Assembly: GCA_964016885.1 (NCBI GenBank)
Contig: OZ024742.1
Location: 114,328,001 to 114,392,000 of the forward strand
Direction of reading: 5' to 3'
Length of the DNA stretch: 64,000 bases
Source of the DNA: Eledone cirrhosa
Taxonomy: Eukaryota
In this document: one piece after another, positions 39,173 through 52,530 of the stretch
Numbering within the stretch: position 1 is the stretch's first letter
Layout: each line of letters starts with the position of its first letter
The notes under the pieces: generated by a model
What the model saw: only the letters and a program-made list of their open reading frames with translations
Database searches by the model: none
Told to the model about the DNA's origin: nothing
Made by a program: the position numbers and the translations under genes

Positions 39173-39521
39173 ATATATATATACTATCACGATAAATTAA
39201 CGGAGCCATAGGCTCTCGTATTCCCTGTCAGTAATGTGCTCAAAATAGAAGGAATCCTGAGCTCTTTATAATACAATATGTAGGAAAGATAACACACTAG
39301 AGAGAGAGATAGTGCGCCATCAGTCAAACAGGGAAAAACCACCAGTGTATGGAATATATAGCCCATGGAAGGCAGAGTAGACACACAATAATTAAAAGTA
39401 TATATAAAAGTGTAAATATATACCTCGATAACTATCTAACAAACGTACAAATCCCAAAAGTTCTGTTTCGCCAAATAAGTTGTTGACAGAAATGTTTAGC
39501 CCATGGTTCACCAGCGTGTGT

Positions 39522-39584
<63 letters not shown>

Positions 39585-39737
39585 TAAGATGTATGTTAGG
39601 TCGTATGTGAATCGCGATGATCACGTCTGACCTACCAAATATGTGACGGTAGCTAGTTAAGCTCTATGCATATACGCAGAGCAGAAATATTAGTGAAACA
39701 GAACAAAGGAACTATTATGACATTATAACAAGTATAT

Positions 39738-39784
39738 TGCCGACAGCCGTTTCGTCCGACCCTATGGTGGGACTTTTCAAGGCA
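39738..39784 (-). ncRNA. Hammerhead ribozyme (U3-A8) in the inverted pLTR
   Basis: Reverse-complement copy of 42087-42133. Confidence 0.8.
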
Positions 39785-42086
39785 TATAACATGTGATTTT
39801 AAGATAAGTATTTACATCAACGTATCACTCAAGGCTAGCAGTTTGAAATTGTGGTATACATCAGCAGCTCCGCTTGTATAGTTGGGGTCTATATTCTAAG
39901 GGGGCTCTTTTATATTAGTTGTCGGGGTCAGGGATTGAAGGTTAAAAATTAGATAATATATAATTTACGCATTAACAGTAAACTAAAAGTCTTGGGGGTC
40001 TCGTTGAAGCTCCTTAACAAATCCCTCAATAAGTGCATAAAGCTTACAGGCTCCAATAAACCTACTAAACTAGAAGAAATTAAGAGGCTAATAAAATAAA
40101 AAATAAATATATAAAGTTTCCCTAAAATAATATATAAAGTTTCCTCTGAAATTCCTTCGAGAGAAAACATTTTTTTTCCGAAAGTAAAAAACTTTCTGCC
40201 CCCGAGATCACGTTTACAAATTTCAGAAAACTTACGAAGTTTTGATATTCTCTACTAAGTTGAAAGAAACTAATCAATTAAAGGTTAATTCAAAGAGCCT
40301 TCTATAATTCTCTCAGAAAAGGCCCCTTTAATATTTTTAATAGGAACTTCCTCCGAGAGACCCTTCGAAGAATTAACATTTTAGAGAGCCTTTAAGGATA
40401 TATATAAAAACGAATTGAGGAAAATTATACATTAAAAGTTAAAAATTACGGTATTTGGGATATGCGAGGAATTTTCAAAGGGCTGCTTCAACAGATACAA
40501 CTTAGGCATAATAGATACAATAATTTAAGTAATTTAAGTAATTTAATTAGGGAGCAATTCAAAGAGTTTATCAAGTTGGGTAAGATTAAAGAAAGTGGTA
40601 AATAAGAAAATACATAAGCAAAAAGACAATAATTATAAAATGTATTTTTAAGAAGGTATAAGGTAGCTTCAGTAATCTAACAATGTATAATCACAAAAAA
40701 TTATTATAAAATTATTGATACAGGATTAACAAAGACATAATAATATATTCCTGCCTAAATAACAAGTAATCAAAACACTATTAACAGTCAGGCAAAATTA
40801 GCTCAGGGATATCCCGCGCTCGGATACTTTACACACATACAGCAACACATAGGATTAGCACAGACATAATGGTATATTCCTGCCTAATTAACAAACAATC
40901 GATTAACAATTGATGGTCAAGAAAATGTACTCAGGGATATCCCGCGCACGGATATTTACATACATACAACAGGATGAACAGTACTGGTGACCGTGTGGGC
41001 GCGATATCCATTATGCGTATGTAGTCATCTGCATAGCTCCAGCCACAGCTGGTCTTGTTTAAAAGTTCATAGTTCACGGATCAACTGGGATTCACTATCA
41101 GCTGCGTGGACTCTCTGGGAGATGTACCTGTGGATCTAATAGCTAGTGGTTGCTGGGTGTGGTCCGTTCGATCTTTTAGTTTCAGGGGTTGCACGCTTTT
41201 GCGATAGACCAGCCTGCCGGTTCTAAGTCCAAGGTCTCGCTACATAGGATGTATTGGTCTACATGCTATATTGGTAAAAAAAACCAGTGTGGATTTGACT
41301 GGGGTGGTATATTACGAACTCCAAGCCCACACGCGACTGGTCAAAAGCGAAGAGCTGTCCCCTCTTTGTTTGCTGTATGGGTCGGTTCCAGCTTAGATGG
41401 TGGTCGTGTTATCCATATTCCGTCAGCCCTGTATATTCAAGACAGATCAGGGTATATATTTGCGGGTATGGTCCGGCGTCTACGTTATCCAGAGGGTCTC
41501 ACTTGTGGTATTTTCAAGTTCGCATGTCATCTCCCGGTTAAGACTGCGCATGCTTCGGTTAATCTCATGCATGGAATCTTAGGGTATCATATTACACGGG
41601 GTGACTAGCAGAAAATATATATTCAATGCTATCGCGCACCCGCTGGTCTGTGGCTACGACCGTGATCTCGGGGGAAGAAAGTTTTTTTCTTTCGGAAAAA
41701 AAAAATTTACTCTCGAAGGAATTTCATAGGAAACTTTATATATTTTTTTAGGGAAACTTTATGTTTTTATTTTTTATTTTATTAGCCTCTTAATTTCTTC
41801 TAGTTTAGTAGGTTTATTGGAGCCTGAAGCCTTATGCACTTATTGAGGGATTTTTTAAGGTGCTTCTACGGGACCCCAAGTCTTTTAGTTTACTGTTAAT
41901 GCGTAAATTATATATTATCTAATTTTTAACCTTCAATCCCTGACCCCGACAACTAATATAAAAGAGCCCCCTTAGAATATAGACCCCAACTATACAAGCG
42001 GAGCTGCTGATATATACCACAATTTCAAACTGCTAGCCTTGAGTAATACGTTGATGTAAATAATGATCTTACAATCACATGTTATA

Positions 42087-42133
42087 TGCCTTGAAAAGTC
42101 CCACCATATGGTCGGACGAAACGGCTGTCGGCA
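42087..42133 (+). ncRNA. Hammerhead ribozyme (U3-A8)
   Basis: TGCC-TTGAAAA-GTCC(cACCatatGGTc)GGAC-GAA-ACGGCTGT-C-GGCA; GUC cleavage triplet. Confidence 0.82.
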
Positions 42134-42343
42134 ATAAACCTGTTATAATGTCATGATAGTTCCTTTGTTCTTTTTCACTAATATTTCTGCTCTGCGTATA
42201 CGCATAGAGCTTAACTAGCTACCGTCACATATTTGGTAGTTCAGACGTGATCATCGCGATTCACATACGACCTACCATACATCTTACTTATTTAGCTCCC
42301 TCCGGTAGAGCTTAACCTTCACTGAAAAACACACGGCCCTGGG

Positions 42344-44918
42344 GTGGCTTTTCAATACACTGACAGTATGCTGACAAAGGACCATCTTCCGTTATCACTT
42401 AAGAATATACCCATACCACCAAGGGGTACTTATGAAAAGCAGCTTATAACCAGCGTTAACTCGTTTGTAAGGAGAATAAGATGGCGCACATTTCACTTCG
42501 ATAGGCGCCGTAGCGCCCCACTAGAGAGTCCATCGAATAATAAGTATGGATTTAGGATATTTAGGAGCCCACCCCATAACCCTCTACTCGATAAATTTGA
42601 GAGTGACCTATTATCTCTCGTCCGGTCTATTAGATATAAAAGGAAAAACGGTAAGCGTAGCGGCTTCCAAACAAAGTTAGAATCACTAGTTAAATCTTTT
42701 AAGGACATAAAGTGTATACTCGTACCCCCGGACAAGACTAGGAATATGTACAACCTGAGTTATGAAGAATACCGCGGTTTCATATACAATGAGCTACATA
42801 AAAACCTATAAAAAAAACCACTGTAGCCAACCTAGATGAGATTAACAGAGAGGCTTAAGTGATAGTAACGAAGCTAGGATTAGAGAAATGCACACAACCT
42901 TATACCCCCCGACAACCAAGGTTCACATTGAAAGATCATAAGGAGGACTTTGCAAGTAGCCCCTCTGTCAGGCTCATTAGCCCCTCTAAATCTTACATAG
43001 GGATTATAAGTAAAAAAAATACTAGATGAAGTCATACCGAAAGTTAAAGACAGGATTAGCCTGGAGCTATGGGGAAACACTGCAGAAGTGATAAAGTAGT
43101 TCTCAAGCATTAGCAACCACAAATCACTACGCTTCATCCAGTTCGATATAGACTCCTACTATACGTCTATATCCCCCATAATACTAAATAAGGCGCTCAT
43201 GATGGCAATGCGGACGGGCGGACTCGCTAGATCCCAGATTGACATAGTCCTTGCCGCTCGTAAAATAATTATCACATTTGAGGATGAATTGTGGACGCGC
43301 AAGAACACTCGTAACAATTTCGACATCACTATGGGGTCTAGCGACTCAGCGCAGGTGACAGACCTCGTCGGATTGTGATTGCTCAAGGAGCTCAGCGAGC
43401 AGCTCCCACACCTCAGAGGTGGGCTATACCGTTCCGACGCATTGCTTACTGTGGACTTTAAACGGCACAACCTAGAATGAACTAGAAAGGACCTTTATAA
43501 ATTCTTCAAGAATGTTAACCTATCAATAAATATGGATAGAAAGAGTAAGGTAGTCAACTTTCTAGATGCCACACTAGACCTAGATAAGTTAGAATATGCA
43601 CCGTACCATAAACCTAACGAAAGGCTGACATACGTCAATGCCAGCTCCAACCACCCAGGCTCAGTCCTCAAAGCAATAGTTAAAGGAGTATCTAGTAGGA
43701 TTAGCGGACTATCTAGCAACGTGACCGCATTTGAAGCGAACGCGGAATATTACAATAAGGCGCTAGCTGGGTCAGGGCACAAGGATAAACTCCATTATGT
43801 TAAGACAGGCGGCACCACCCTGCCACCCCAGCCCAGCACTGTAATCACGCATAATATGTCCATGGGAGTTGGAAGAAGAGCTAGAAAGACGAATAGGGAC
43901 AATAGGAAGTTAGATAAGAACAACAACACTCGCAACGCAGACACGGATAGGGCCCACACGCCTGGTAAGCGCTATGCCGCCCCGAGCAAGTCCAACAGTG
44001 AAAACGGGGGACAGAGGCCTAGGAGACTCGAGACCAACGCACATACCACTGGGAGCCCAGCAACCACACCTGGTAGAACCCGTAATAATATAGACGAAGA
44101 GAGGGTAAGCAGCTTAGGGGATAGGAAACGCAGTGGAAGGAATGTTACTACAGACCTCCCCAAATCTTTTTTCTCTTTAATAGATAAGAACTTCCCCCCC
44201 GGGTAGTAGGTACGGTAGTGTCATCAATAAGAATACTATCAAGCTATCGTACTCTACAACCCCTAATCTGGCCTCACACCTAGATAAGACCAATAAGAGT
44301 AAGATTAAAGAGGGACTTAAGGCCATCCGAAATAGTGAACCACGCCAGTACACACGACAACACGGGACCAACCCACTGAGTGAAAGACCCAGGGGGATAA
44401 TAGGCAATAGAACCGGTCCCACTAGGCAGCCCCGCGGCTGCTTGGAGGGACATGCACCCCTGATTGAGGAGCATGACCCTACTAAAAAGTGTAATTGCAG
44501 AAGGAAGGACAAATGCCCACTAGCTGGACACTGCCTTATTAGGAACGTGGTATATGCTTGTAACGTAACCACAGGCACGTATACTAAGACGTATGTGGGA
44601 TCAACCGCTAACGAGTTCAAGACGAGGTTCAACGCCCACCAGCATAGCTTCCGATATGAGAAGCTTAAAAATACCACGTCGTTAGCGGGGCATATACATA
44701 ACTTAAAACAAACAAAAAACCCTTACACACTAAGCTGGAGATGCCTTACTAAAGCTCCTCCATATAGCTCGTTGAGCAGGTTTTGTAGCCTGTGCCTATC
44801 TGAATCTCATGCAATAGTATTCTCAGGACTCAACTTGCTCAACAGGAGTACAGAAATCTTCTCGTCCTGCCCCCATAATATACTTAGCTCTTTCTTTTTC
44901 TTCAGACCAGACACATAG
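42344..44918 (+). pseudogene. Naiad-type PLE RT plus GIY-YIG ORF, frameshifted
   Basis: SLKNIPIP, LVPPDKTRNMY, TLKDHK, FIQFDIDSYY, FDITMGSSDSA, VNFLDATLDL, SNHP; CNCRRKDKCPLAGHCL..VVY..YVGST..FKTRF..H..SF, CSLCLSE, LNRSTE..CPH. Confidence 0.9.
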
Positions 44919-47407
44919 CCCTGACACCACCCAGTCCTGCACTTGGCAGCCCCGCTGGCGAACAGGGTGCTCTTTAGTAACCCCGGCCGCATGGATGCCT
45001 CGGCTCCCCGATTGGCGATGGGGACTCTGGTGAGGAACAGACGACCCTGTGTCCCACTTGCCAACCTGGGATTGGTGGCAACATTGTTGCTGGGCACCAT
45101 GGGGGCAGCTGATGCCTGCGATGTAGGACATTGTGAATGCCTGGACCCACGTTGACTAATCTGGGAAGGTGCCGTCGGAGATGTATGTCAACAAACTCGA
45201 GAACATGCCCAGGGAAACAGTAACAAAACACCCAATATGGCGGCCGCTCCCTGCCTATAACCACTCACCCCCACCCCCTCCCTTAGTAAACCTCCGCCCA
45301 TATAGATGCCCCTCCCCATTCTCCCCCACTCACATCTTTTGAGTTAGTTCTTTATTATCAGTGATTAGGTCTTTACTAATAGGAATTTTTTGTATTTTAC
45401 CACAGTCGACTTAATGGGCTTGGAGAGTTGACTCCCTTGAAGTCTGACCACTCGATAAGTTAGGGGTTGTGCCCCTTGAACAGGGGTGTGTCTAGCTGGT
45501 CTACCTGCTGTCTGCTGCTACCCGAGACTGGACACGGTCGTAGCCACAGGCCAGCGCGTGCGGGATATCATTGAATATATATGTTCTGCTAGTCACCCCG
45601 TGTAATATGATACCCTAAGATTCCATGCATGAGATTCACCGAAGCATGCGCAGTCTTAACTGGGAGATGACATGCGAACTTGAAAATACCACAAGTGAGA
45701 CCCTCTGGATAACGTAGACGCCGGACCATACCCGCAAATATATACCCTGATCTGTCTTGAATATACAGGGCTGACGGAATATGGATAACACGACAACCAT
45801 CTAAGCTGGAACCGACCCATACAGCAAACAAAGAGGGGACAGCCCTTCGCTTTTGACCAGTCGCGTGTCGGCTTGGAGTTCGTAATATACCACCCCAGTC
45901 AAATCCACACTGGTTTTTTTACCAATATAGCATGTAGACCAATACATCCTATGTAGCGAGACCTTCGACTTAGAACCGGCAGGCTGGTCTATCGCGAAAG
46001 CGTGCAACCCCTGAAACTAAAAGATCGAACCGACCACACCAAGCAACCACTAGCTATTAGATCCACAGGTACATCTCCCAGAGAGTCCACGCAGCTGATA
46101 GTGAATCCCAGTTAGCCGTGAACTATGAACTTTTAAACAAGACCAGCTGTGGCTGGAGCTATGCAGATGACTACATACGCATAATGGATATCGCGCCCAC
46201 ACGGTCACCAGTACTGTTCATCCTGCTGTATGTATGTAAATATCCGTGCGCGGGATATCCCTGAGTACATTTTCTTGACCATCAATTGTTAATCGACTGT
46301 TTGTTAATTAGGCAGGAATATACCATTATGTCTGTGCTAATCCTATGTGTTGCTGTATGTGTGTAAAGTATCCGAGCGCGGGACATCCCTGAGCTAATTT
46401 TGCCTGACTGTTAATAGTGTTTTGATTACTTGTTAATTAGGCAGGAATATATTATTATGTCTTTGTTAATCCTATATCAATAATTTATAATAATTTTTTG
46501 TGATAATACATTGTTAGATTACTGAAGCTACCTTATACCTTCTTAAAAATACATTTCATAATTGTTGTCTTTTTGCTTATGTATTTTCTTATTTACCATT
46601 TTCTTTAATCTTACCCAACTTGATAAACTCTTTGAATTGCTCTCTAATTAAATTACTTAAATTACTTAAATTATTGTATCTATTATGCCTAAGTTGTATC
46701 TGTTGAAGCAGCCCTTTGAAAATTCCTCGCATATCCCAAATACCGTAATTTTTAACTTTTAATGTATAATTTTCCTCAATTCGTTTTTATATATATCCTT
46801 AAAGGCTCTCTAAAATGTTAATTCTTCGAAGGGTCTCTCGGGGGAAGTTCCTATTAAAAATATTAAAGGGGCCTTTTCTGAGGGAATTATAGAAGGCTCT
46901 TTGAATTAACCTTTAATTGATTAGTTTCTTTCAACTTAGTAGAGAATATCAAAACTTCGTAAGTTTTCTGAAATGTGTAAACGTGATCTCGGGGGCAGAA
47001 AGTTTTTTTCTTTCGGAAAAAATTTGTTTACTCTCGAAGGTATTTCATAGGAAACTTTATATATTTGTTTAGGGAAACTTTATATTTTTATTTTTTTATT
47101 TTATTAGCCTCTTAATTTCTTCTAGTTTAGTAGGTTTATTGGAATGTAAGCTTTATACACTTATTAAGGGATTTTTTAAGATGCTTCTACGGGACCCTAA
47201 GTCTTTTAGTTTACTGTTAATGCGTAAATTATATATTATCTAATTTTTAACCTTCAATCCCTGACCCCGACAACTAATATAAAAGAGCCCCCTTAGAATA
47301 TAGACCCCAACTATACAAGCAGAGCTGCTGATGTATACCACAATTTCAAACTGCTAGCCTTGAGTGAAACGTTGATGTAAATACTTATCTTGCAATCACA
47401 TGTTATA

Positions 47408-47454
47408 TGCCTTGAAAAGTCCCACCACATGGTCGGACGAAACGGCTGTCGGCA
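47408..47454 (+). ncRNA. Hammerhead ribozyme (U3-A8) in the 3' pLTR
   Basis: Same core and stems as 42087-42133. Confidence 0.82.
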
Positions 47455-47498
47455 ATAAACTTGTTATAATGTCATAATAGTTCCTTTGTTATTTTTCA

Positions 47499-47597
<99 letters not shown>

Positions 47598-47723
47598 CTG
47601 TCGAAAAGGCCGGAGCTCAGCCATCGGTGTACTGAATATATTCCTATATATGTAAGTATGTATGCATGCATGCATGTTATATGTATATAATCATAATAAT
47701 AACAATAATAATAATAATAATAA

Positions 47724-50700
47724 TGTTTTATTTATTAACCACAAGGGTTTACATACAGTAGACATTAAGGACAGTATAGGACAATACAGGACGGTACAAA
47801 TGGGCATTTCTGCGTGTAAAAAAACAGAGGATGTAATAAAAAATAACAATGAAAATTTCCCCAATAGGAGGGTGACTTCCGAGGGACATTTGTGGGGAAA
47901 GCCCATTAAAAGACCACAGTGACCCTGACTACCAGAGCAAGTGCTCACTAAAAGTTTTCCACCTTTTATTTAGAGACACATACTCAGAGTAGGCCCATTC
48001 ACTCGGGCCATACTTGCTTCTCTCATCTTTCAACAAAATGCTGGGAAGAGAGCACTTCCCTCTCTACCCTGATTTTCCTTTTCAAATGAAATTTGAAAAA
48101 GTTAATCAGGGCATCACTGAAGAGGTAAGTGCTCGTCATCAGCCCTTTCAAACGGGTCCACCATAATATCACTTTCGCCATGGCCACCAGACAGATAAAT
48201 ACTGCCTGCCCTTCCCGGCTGAAGGAAGTGGGCGGAGCAATCCTCACGATGGATTCAGCTGATTGCTGGATCCGCCCTACACATGACAGCAGCTGTTTTA
48301 CATAAACCCACAAGCCAGCGATTGCACGGACACTGGACGAGTGCGTGCAGGACGGTTTTGTCGCCCTGCGCGCATCTCGGACATGCCCAGCTGACGGCAC
48401 CTCCATGCCTGTAGAGTTTATCCCGAACTGGCAAAGCTCCCGGTAGCACTGCCAGGCCAGGGATTTCTGGAAGTTGTCCATAGGCCCCGGTCCGAAAGTC
48501 CTTCCGAAGAGATTGGCTAGTTGATTTTCGTCGACGCCTAGATTTTCTCCAAGTACGTGGTCGCTCTTACCCCCGACTAATCCTCTATAGAACGCCAAGG
48601 TGGAGTTTCCACAGATAACATTTCCCGATTGGTCGAGGGCTGTGAGCACCTGAAGACATTGCAGTCTCCAAGCGCTCCATCTCGGTCTTCGCTTGACCCA
48701 GACTTCAGCTCCGTCAAGGAGACTACCTGGGGAAAGACGTGTGTAGCAAACGGCGACCACTCCTGATCACCGTCGTGGAAGAGGTGGAGATGTCGTAGCC
48801 TGAGCACGTGTCTGCGCACCATCAGACACGGCATGCCCAGCCCTCCAAGTAGCGGGTGTTGACAGGAGATGAACCGCCTGACCATCGGAGCGCGTCCCTT
48901 CCACAAAAAGCGAAAGAGCAAACGCTCCAGCGCAGTCAGGGGGGGGGGTAGGACAAGGTACGACGGTCAGGCGGTAGTAGATGACGGACGCGATGTACGC
49001 GTTAGCCAACTCCGCTCGACTTTTCAGGGATAGCTTCCTCTCGGCCCATTTCTGGGTGAGAGCAGCCACCCTGCTCGTCATCTCGTCCCATTTTTTGTCC
49101 TTCGGGAGGTCCGGACCGAACCAACACCTAGCAATTTAATCGGTCCGTCCGTCCAGCGCCTCACGACGCTGTTAGACGGCATGGACCTGCCTCTCCAGGT
49201 GCCGAGTTGCAGTCCCACTGACTTTTCCTGGTTGATCATTGCTCTTATCACCGCTTCGTATTCTCTTAGTGTAGTGCTGTCGCCTCGATGTGTTTGGCGT
49301 TCGACACCACTACGGTGACATCGTCCGCATACGTTGACACGGATTTTCCACATCCTAGTTCGCGCAGGATCCCCCTCAACGTCTCCAGTTTGTGCAGTAA
49401 TGGCTCGAGAGTCAATACGTACAAGAGGGACGAGAGGGGACATCTTTGGCGGACCGAGCGCATGATGTTGAACGGTTCCGAAAGGTGACCATTCACTCTC
49501 ACCACAGAGCACATGTAGCTGTGCATGGCAGCGATCCAGCCTCTGAAGACGGGCCCAAAGCCAGCCGCCCTCAGGACTGCCGCTAGGTAAGGATGGTCAA
49601 CCCTTTCGAAAGCTTTCGACTGATCGAAACTGATCAAGCACCCAACCGTCCAGGTTCCCTAGCTACCCTCTCTACGATGTATCGCATGAGGTGGAGGTTG
49701 TCGTTGATGGATCTGTCGGAAATGGCGCATGTCTGCGCCTCTCCCACCAGATCACCAACGATAAGCGCCAACCTCTTTGCTAGCACCTTGGTCAACATCT
49801 TGAACTCTGTGTTTAGCAGAGTTATGGGCCTAAAATGATCTATATTATCCCCCTTGTTCGGATCCTTTCTCAGCAGCGCCACCGCTCCTCGGCTCACAGA
49901 GCTTGGAATTCTCCCGTTCTGTTGCCAGTTGCAGTAGACGTCCGCCAGGAGGCTTCAGAACAAGTCTGGCATTTGTACGTAAAGTTCATAGGGCACACCA
50001 TCCAAACCAGGCGATTTACCCCTTGTGCAACTAGTCATTGCATCCCGTACTTCAGCGGCTGTTATCGGCTTTTCGCAACACTCCGCCTCAGTGGCCGAGA
50101 GCCGCGGCAGTCCGCCCAGGTAGACTCTAAAGTCCATCCCTCGATCCGGCCCGCCACTGCCCCCGAACAGTTGAGCGAAGTGTCGCTGAAAAGCTTCACA
50201 CATTTGCCCGGGCTCGAGAAGCATGCGCCCGTCGTGGTCCACCAAAGACTCGATCGTGAATTTGTTGCCACGACGCGCCTCCGCCACTTGGGCCCATTGA
50301 AGGGCTTTCGTCCCCTCGTGTCTGAGAGCACGCACCCTAGCTCTGATAACGCAGCCTTCGTGCTTTGCATTGAAGAATTGCTCAAGGGCCAAATTCGCCG
50401 CAAGTACGTCGGTCGCGATGCCTTTGCTAAGTGCCTCGTCTAATTTTCTAACTAATTCTCCCTCTGCTCTATTTTTCTCTATTGCTAAAGTCTTACTAAA
50501 CCTAATGGACTCTATTCTAATTGCTCTTTTCAGAGCAAACCACCACATATTGTTGACATGGCCCCCGTTAACGCCCGCTTAACTAGTTCGCTAATCCGGT
50601 CTCTGTATGCCTTGCGCGCTGGTAAGGACGCGTTTAGCTTCCAGTAGCCGGGTGCTCGTCTATAAAGCCGATCTAAGTCAAGCACACAGATCACGAATTT

Positions 50701-52530
50701 ATGGTCCGTGTAGCTGACTATCTTGAATTGTGGACAGGTTATGCTACAAAATACTCTATCTAGATATGATCTGGATGACCTTCAAAACGCCTGAACAGGT
50801 TGGTGAGACTCTTGCACCCTCCCCGCCTATCTACTAATCCCACACAGTCACAGCGTGCATCTAATATCCCGTTCCAGTCGCCCACTAACACTAATGTGCG
50901 GGACGTTCCAAGAAAGGTCTCCAGACGCCGGAAGAAATCAGGCCGCCCTGCTCCAGTCGGGGCATAGACGGCTGCTAGCCTGAAAGCTTGCCCGTCTCCG
51001 CAGGTCTCGTCCAGCACCACCAACTTACCTTCTGGGTCCAGGAAGATGGCCCGTATGGCAAGATCCAAAGCACAGCAACTTCGCCCCCCGATCCCGGAGG
51101 GCTGGGAGATGCGTACACATCTTAGCCGCCGAAGATTGGTGCGATGGCCACTCATTCTTTGTTTAGTGACCTGAGGTCGTTGAGCAGGTGGCCCTGTTTC
51201 CATGACGACCCCAAGCCACGCGCATTTATGCTGTCTTTTCTGAGTGAGGTCATGTTGAAATGGAGTGGAAAAGATTTGAAAGTCCACTTACCCTACTTCT
51301 CGTAGAGGAAGGACGGTTTCTCCATCCTTTTCACTGCTTGTGGCCTGCTCAGGAAGGATGTCCTTATAAATCCTCCTGGAGAGTGCTTGTCGGAAGTCTC
51401 CGATGTCTTTGGGGAATTTTTGTTTTAGTGTCATGTACGTTTTCTGTGTGATGCGAGTGATTTGTATGTGTGGAGGCGGTGTGAACTTTTGGGTTGTTGT
51501 GTAGTCATTTTCTGTGATGCTGGTGTTGTGTTGGATGTAGTGTAATCATTGGTTGTTCAAATTTAATGCTTTGTAGTGTGTATCGTTTTGGTTGTTTTGT
51601 TTTGTTTGTGTTTGTTGTGGGTTTGTTTGTTTCGCTTTTTGGTGACTTTTGTGGTGTAGGTGATGGTGGTATTGGGGTTAATGATGGTGATGGGGTTTGT
51701 GTTTGGGGTGATGGGGTAGGCGATGCTGGTGTGGATGGTGGCATATCTGCCCTAACTTTTTTGTTTGATAGTTTATTTTGTTCCCACTGTATTTTGTTTT
51801 TGGAAGGTGAAGGAAGAGAATTTTTTCTTTTTTGGTTTCTTTTTTTCTTTTTTCCTGATACCGTTTCCCACTCCTCGTCGTCACAATCTGTCTCCAGTTG
51901 TGATAGGCCGGGGAGTGGAAAATCCTCCACGTGCGTTAGTTTTGGTTGTGGCGTTGTGGATGGTGTAGGTGCTGGTGCTAGTTCTGAAGCGTTGGGTGGT
52001 GGTGGTGTTGGTGTTGCTACTGTTGCTGGGGTTGTTGCTTTTATAGTTGCTTCTCTTGTTGCTGCTACAGTTGTTGCTGCCATCTCTGCTGCTGGTGGTG
52101 TTGATGGTTGAGTCACTGGGGTGGGTAGGAGAGTTGGCCACAACCTTTAAGCCTGATCGCAGAAAGCCCTTCGGTGGGTTCCTTCACCACAAACGACACA
52201 CCTGGGCCTACTGCCTAGTGTTGGCAAACGTAGTAACATTTACAATGGTGGTGTCGGTGTCAGGTGTTAGTTTGTGAGAAAGTCGCTCAGTTTCTTGTTG
52301 CAGAGGTGAATCAGCCATGATTTTTTTCAAAGAAATTTGTTGATAATCATAAAAGTTTAAATTTTGGGCACAAGGCCCCAATCTTTTTGGGTGTTCTTTT
52401 CGGAAAACAGTGTATGTGCGCTTATATACATTTAACAATAAACATTTTCCATAAATGACAATTGTTTAACAAACGAAAACAACAAACCTTTGCAGAGCTC
52501 ACGATGATACGATTTACTACGTAGGTCGCC
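47724..52530 (-). mobile_element. Tx1 LINE, decayed, ORF1 internally deleted
   Basis: ORF2 from 51253: VGDWN, KSPGLDG, FRPITLLN, FDQSKAF, YADD, CPRC..HALVQC; (ATT)n at both ends. Confidence 0.9.

Larger units (their letters stand above)
39582..47502 (+). mobile_element. Penelope-like element (Naiad-type): 2-kb inverted pLTR, partial direct pLTR, ORF, 2-kb pLTR
   Basis: 39582-41664 is the reverse complement of 45533-47502 plus 42182-42289; 41661-42183 repeats 46982-47502; (TA)n flanks. Confidence 0.92.

Noticed and set aside
41189-41608. ORFs in the pLTR (mirrored at 45589-46007)
   Set aside because: Frameshifted between copies, no recognisable domain, non-ATG starts
42344-44918. Selenocysteine-encoding Naiad (in-frame UGA plus SECIS)
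   Set aside because: The conserved Cys positions use TGT/TGC. The TGA near 43376 is at a non-Cys site among other disabling mutations, and no SECIS was recognised.
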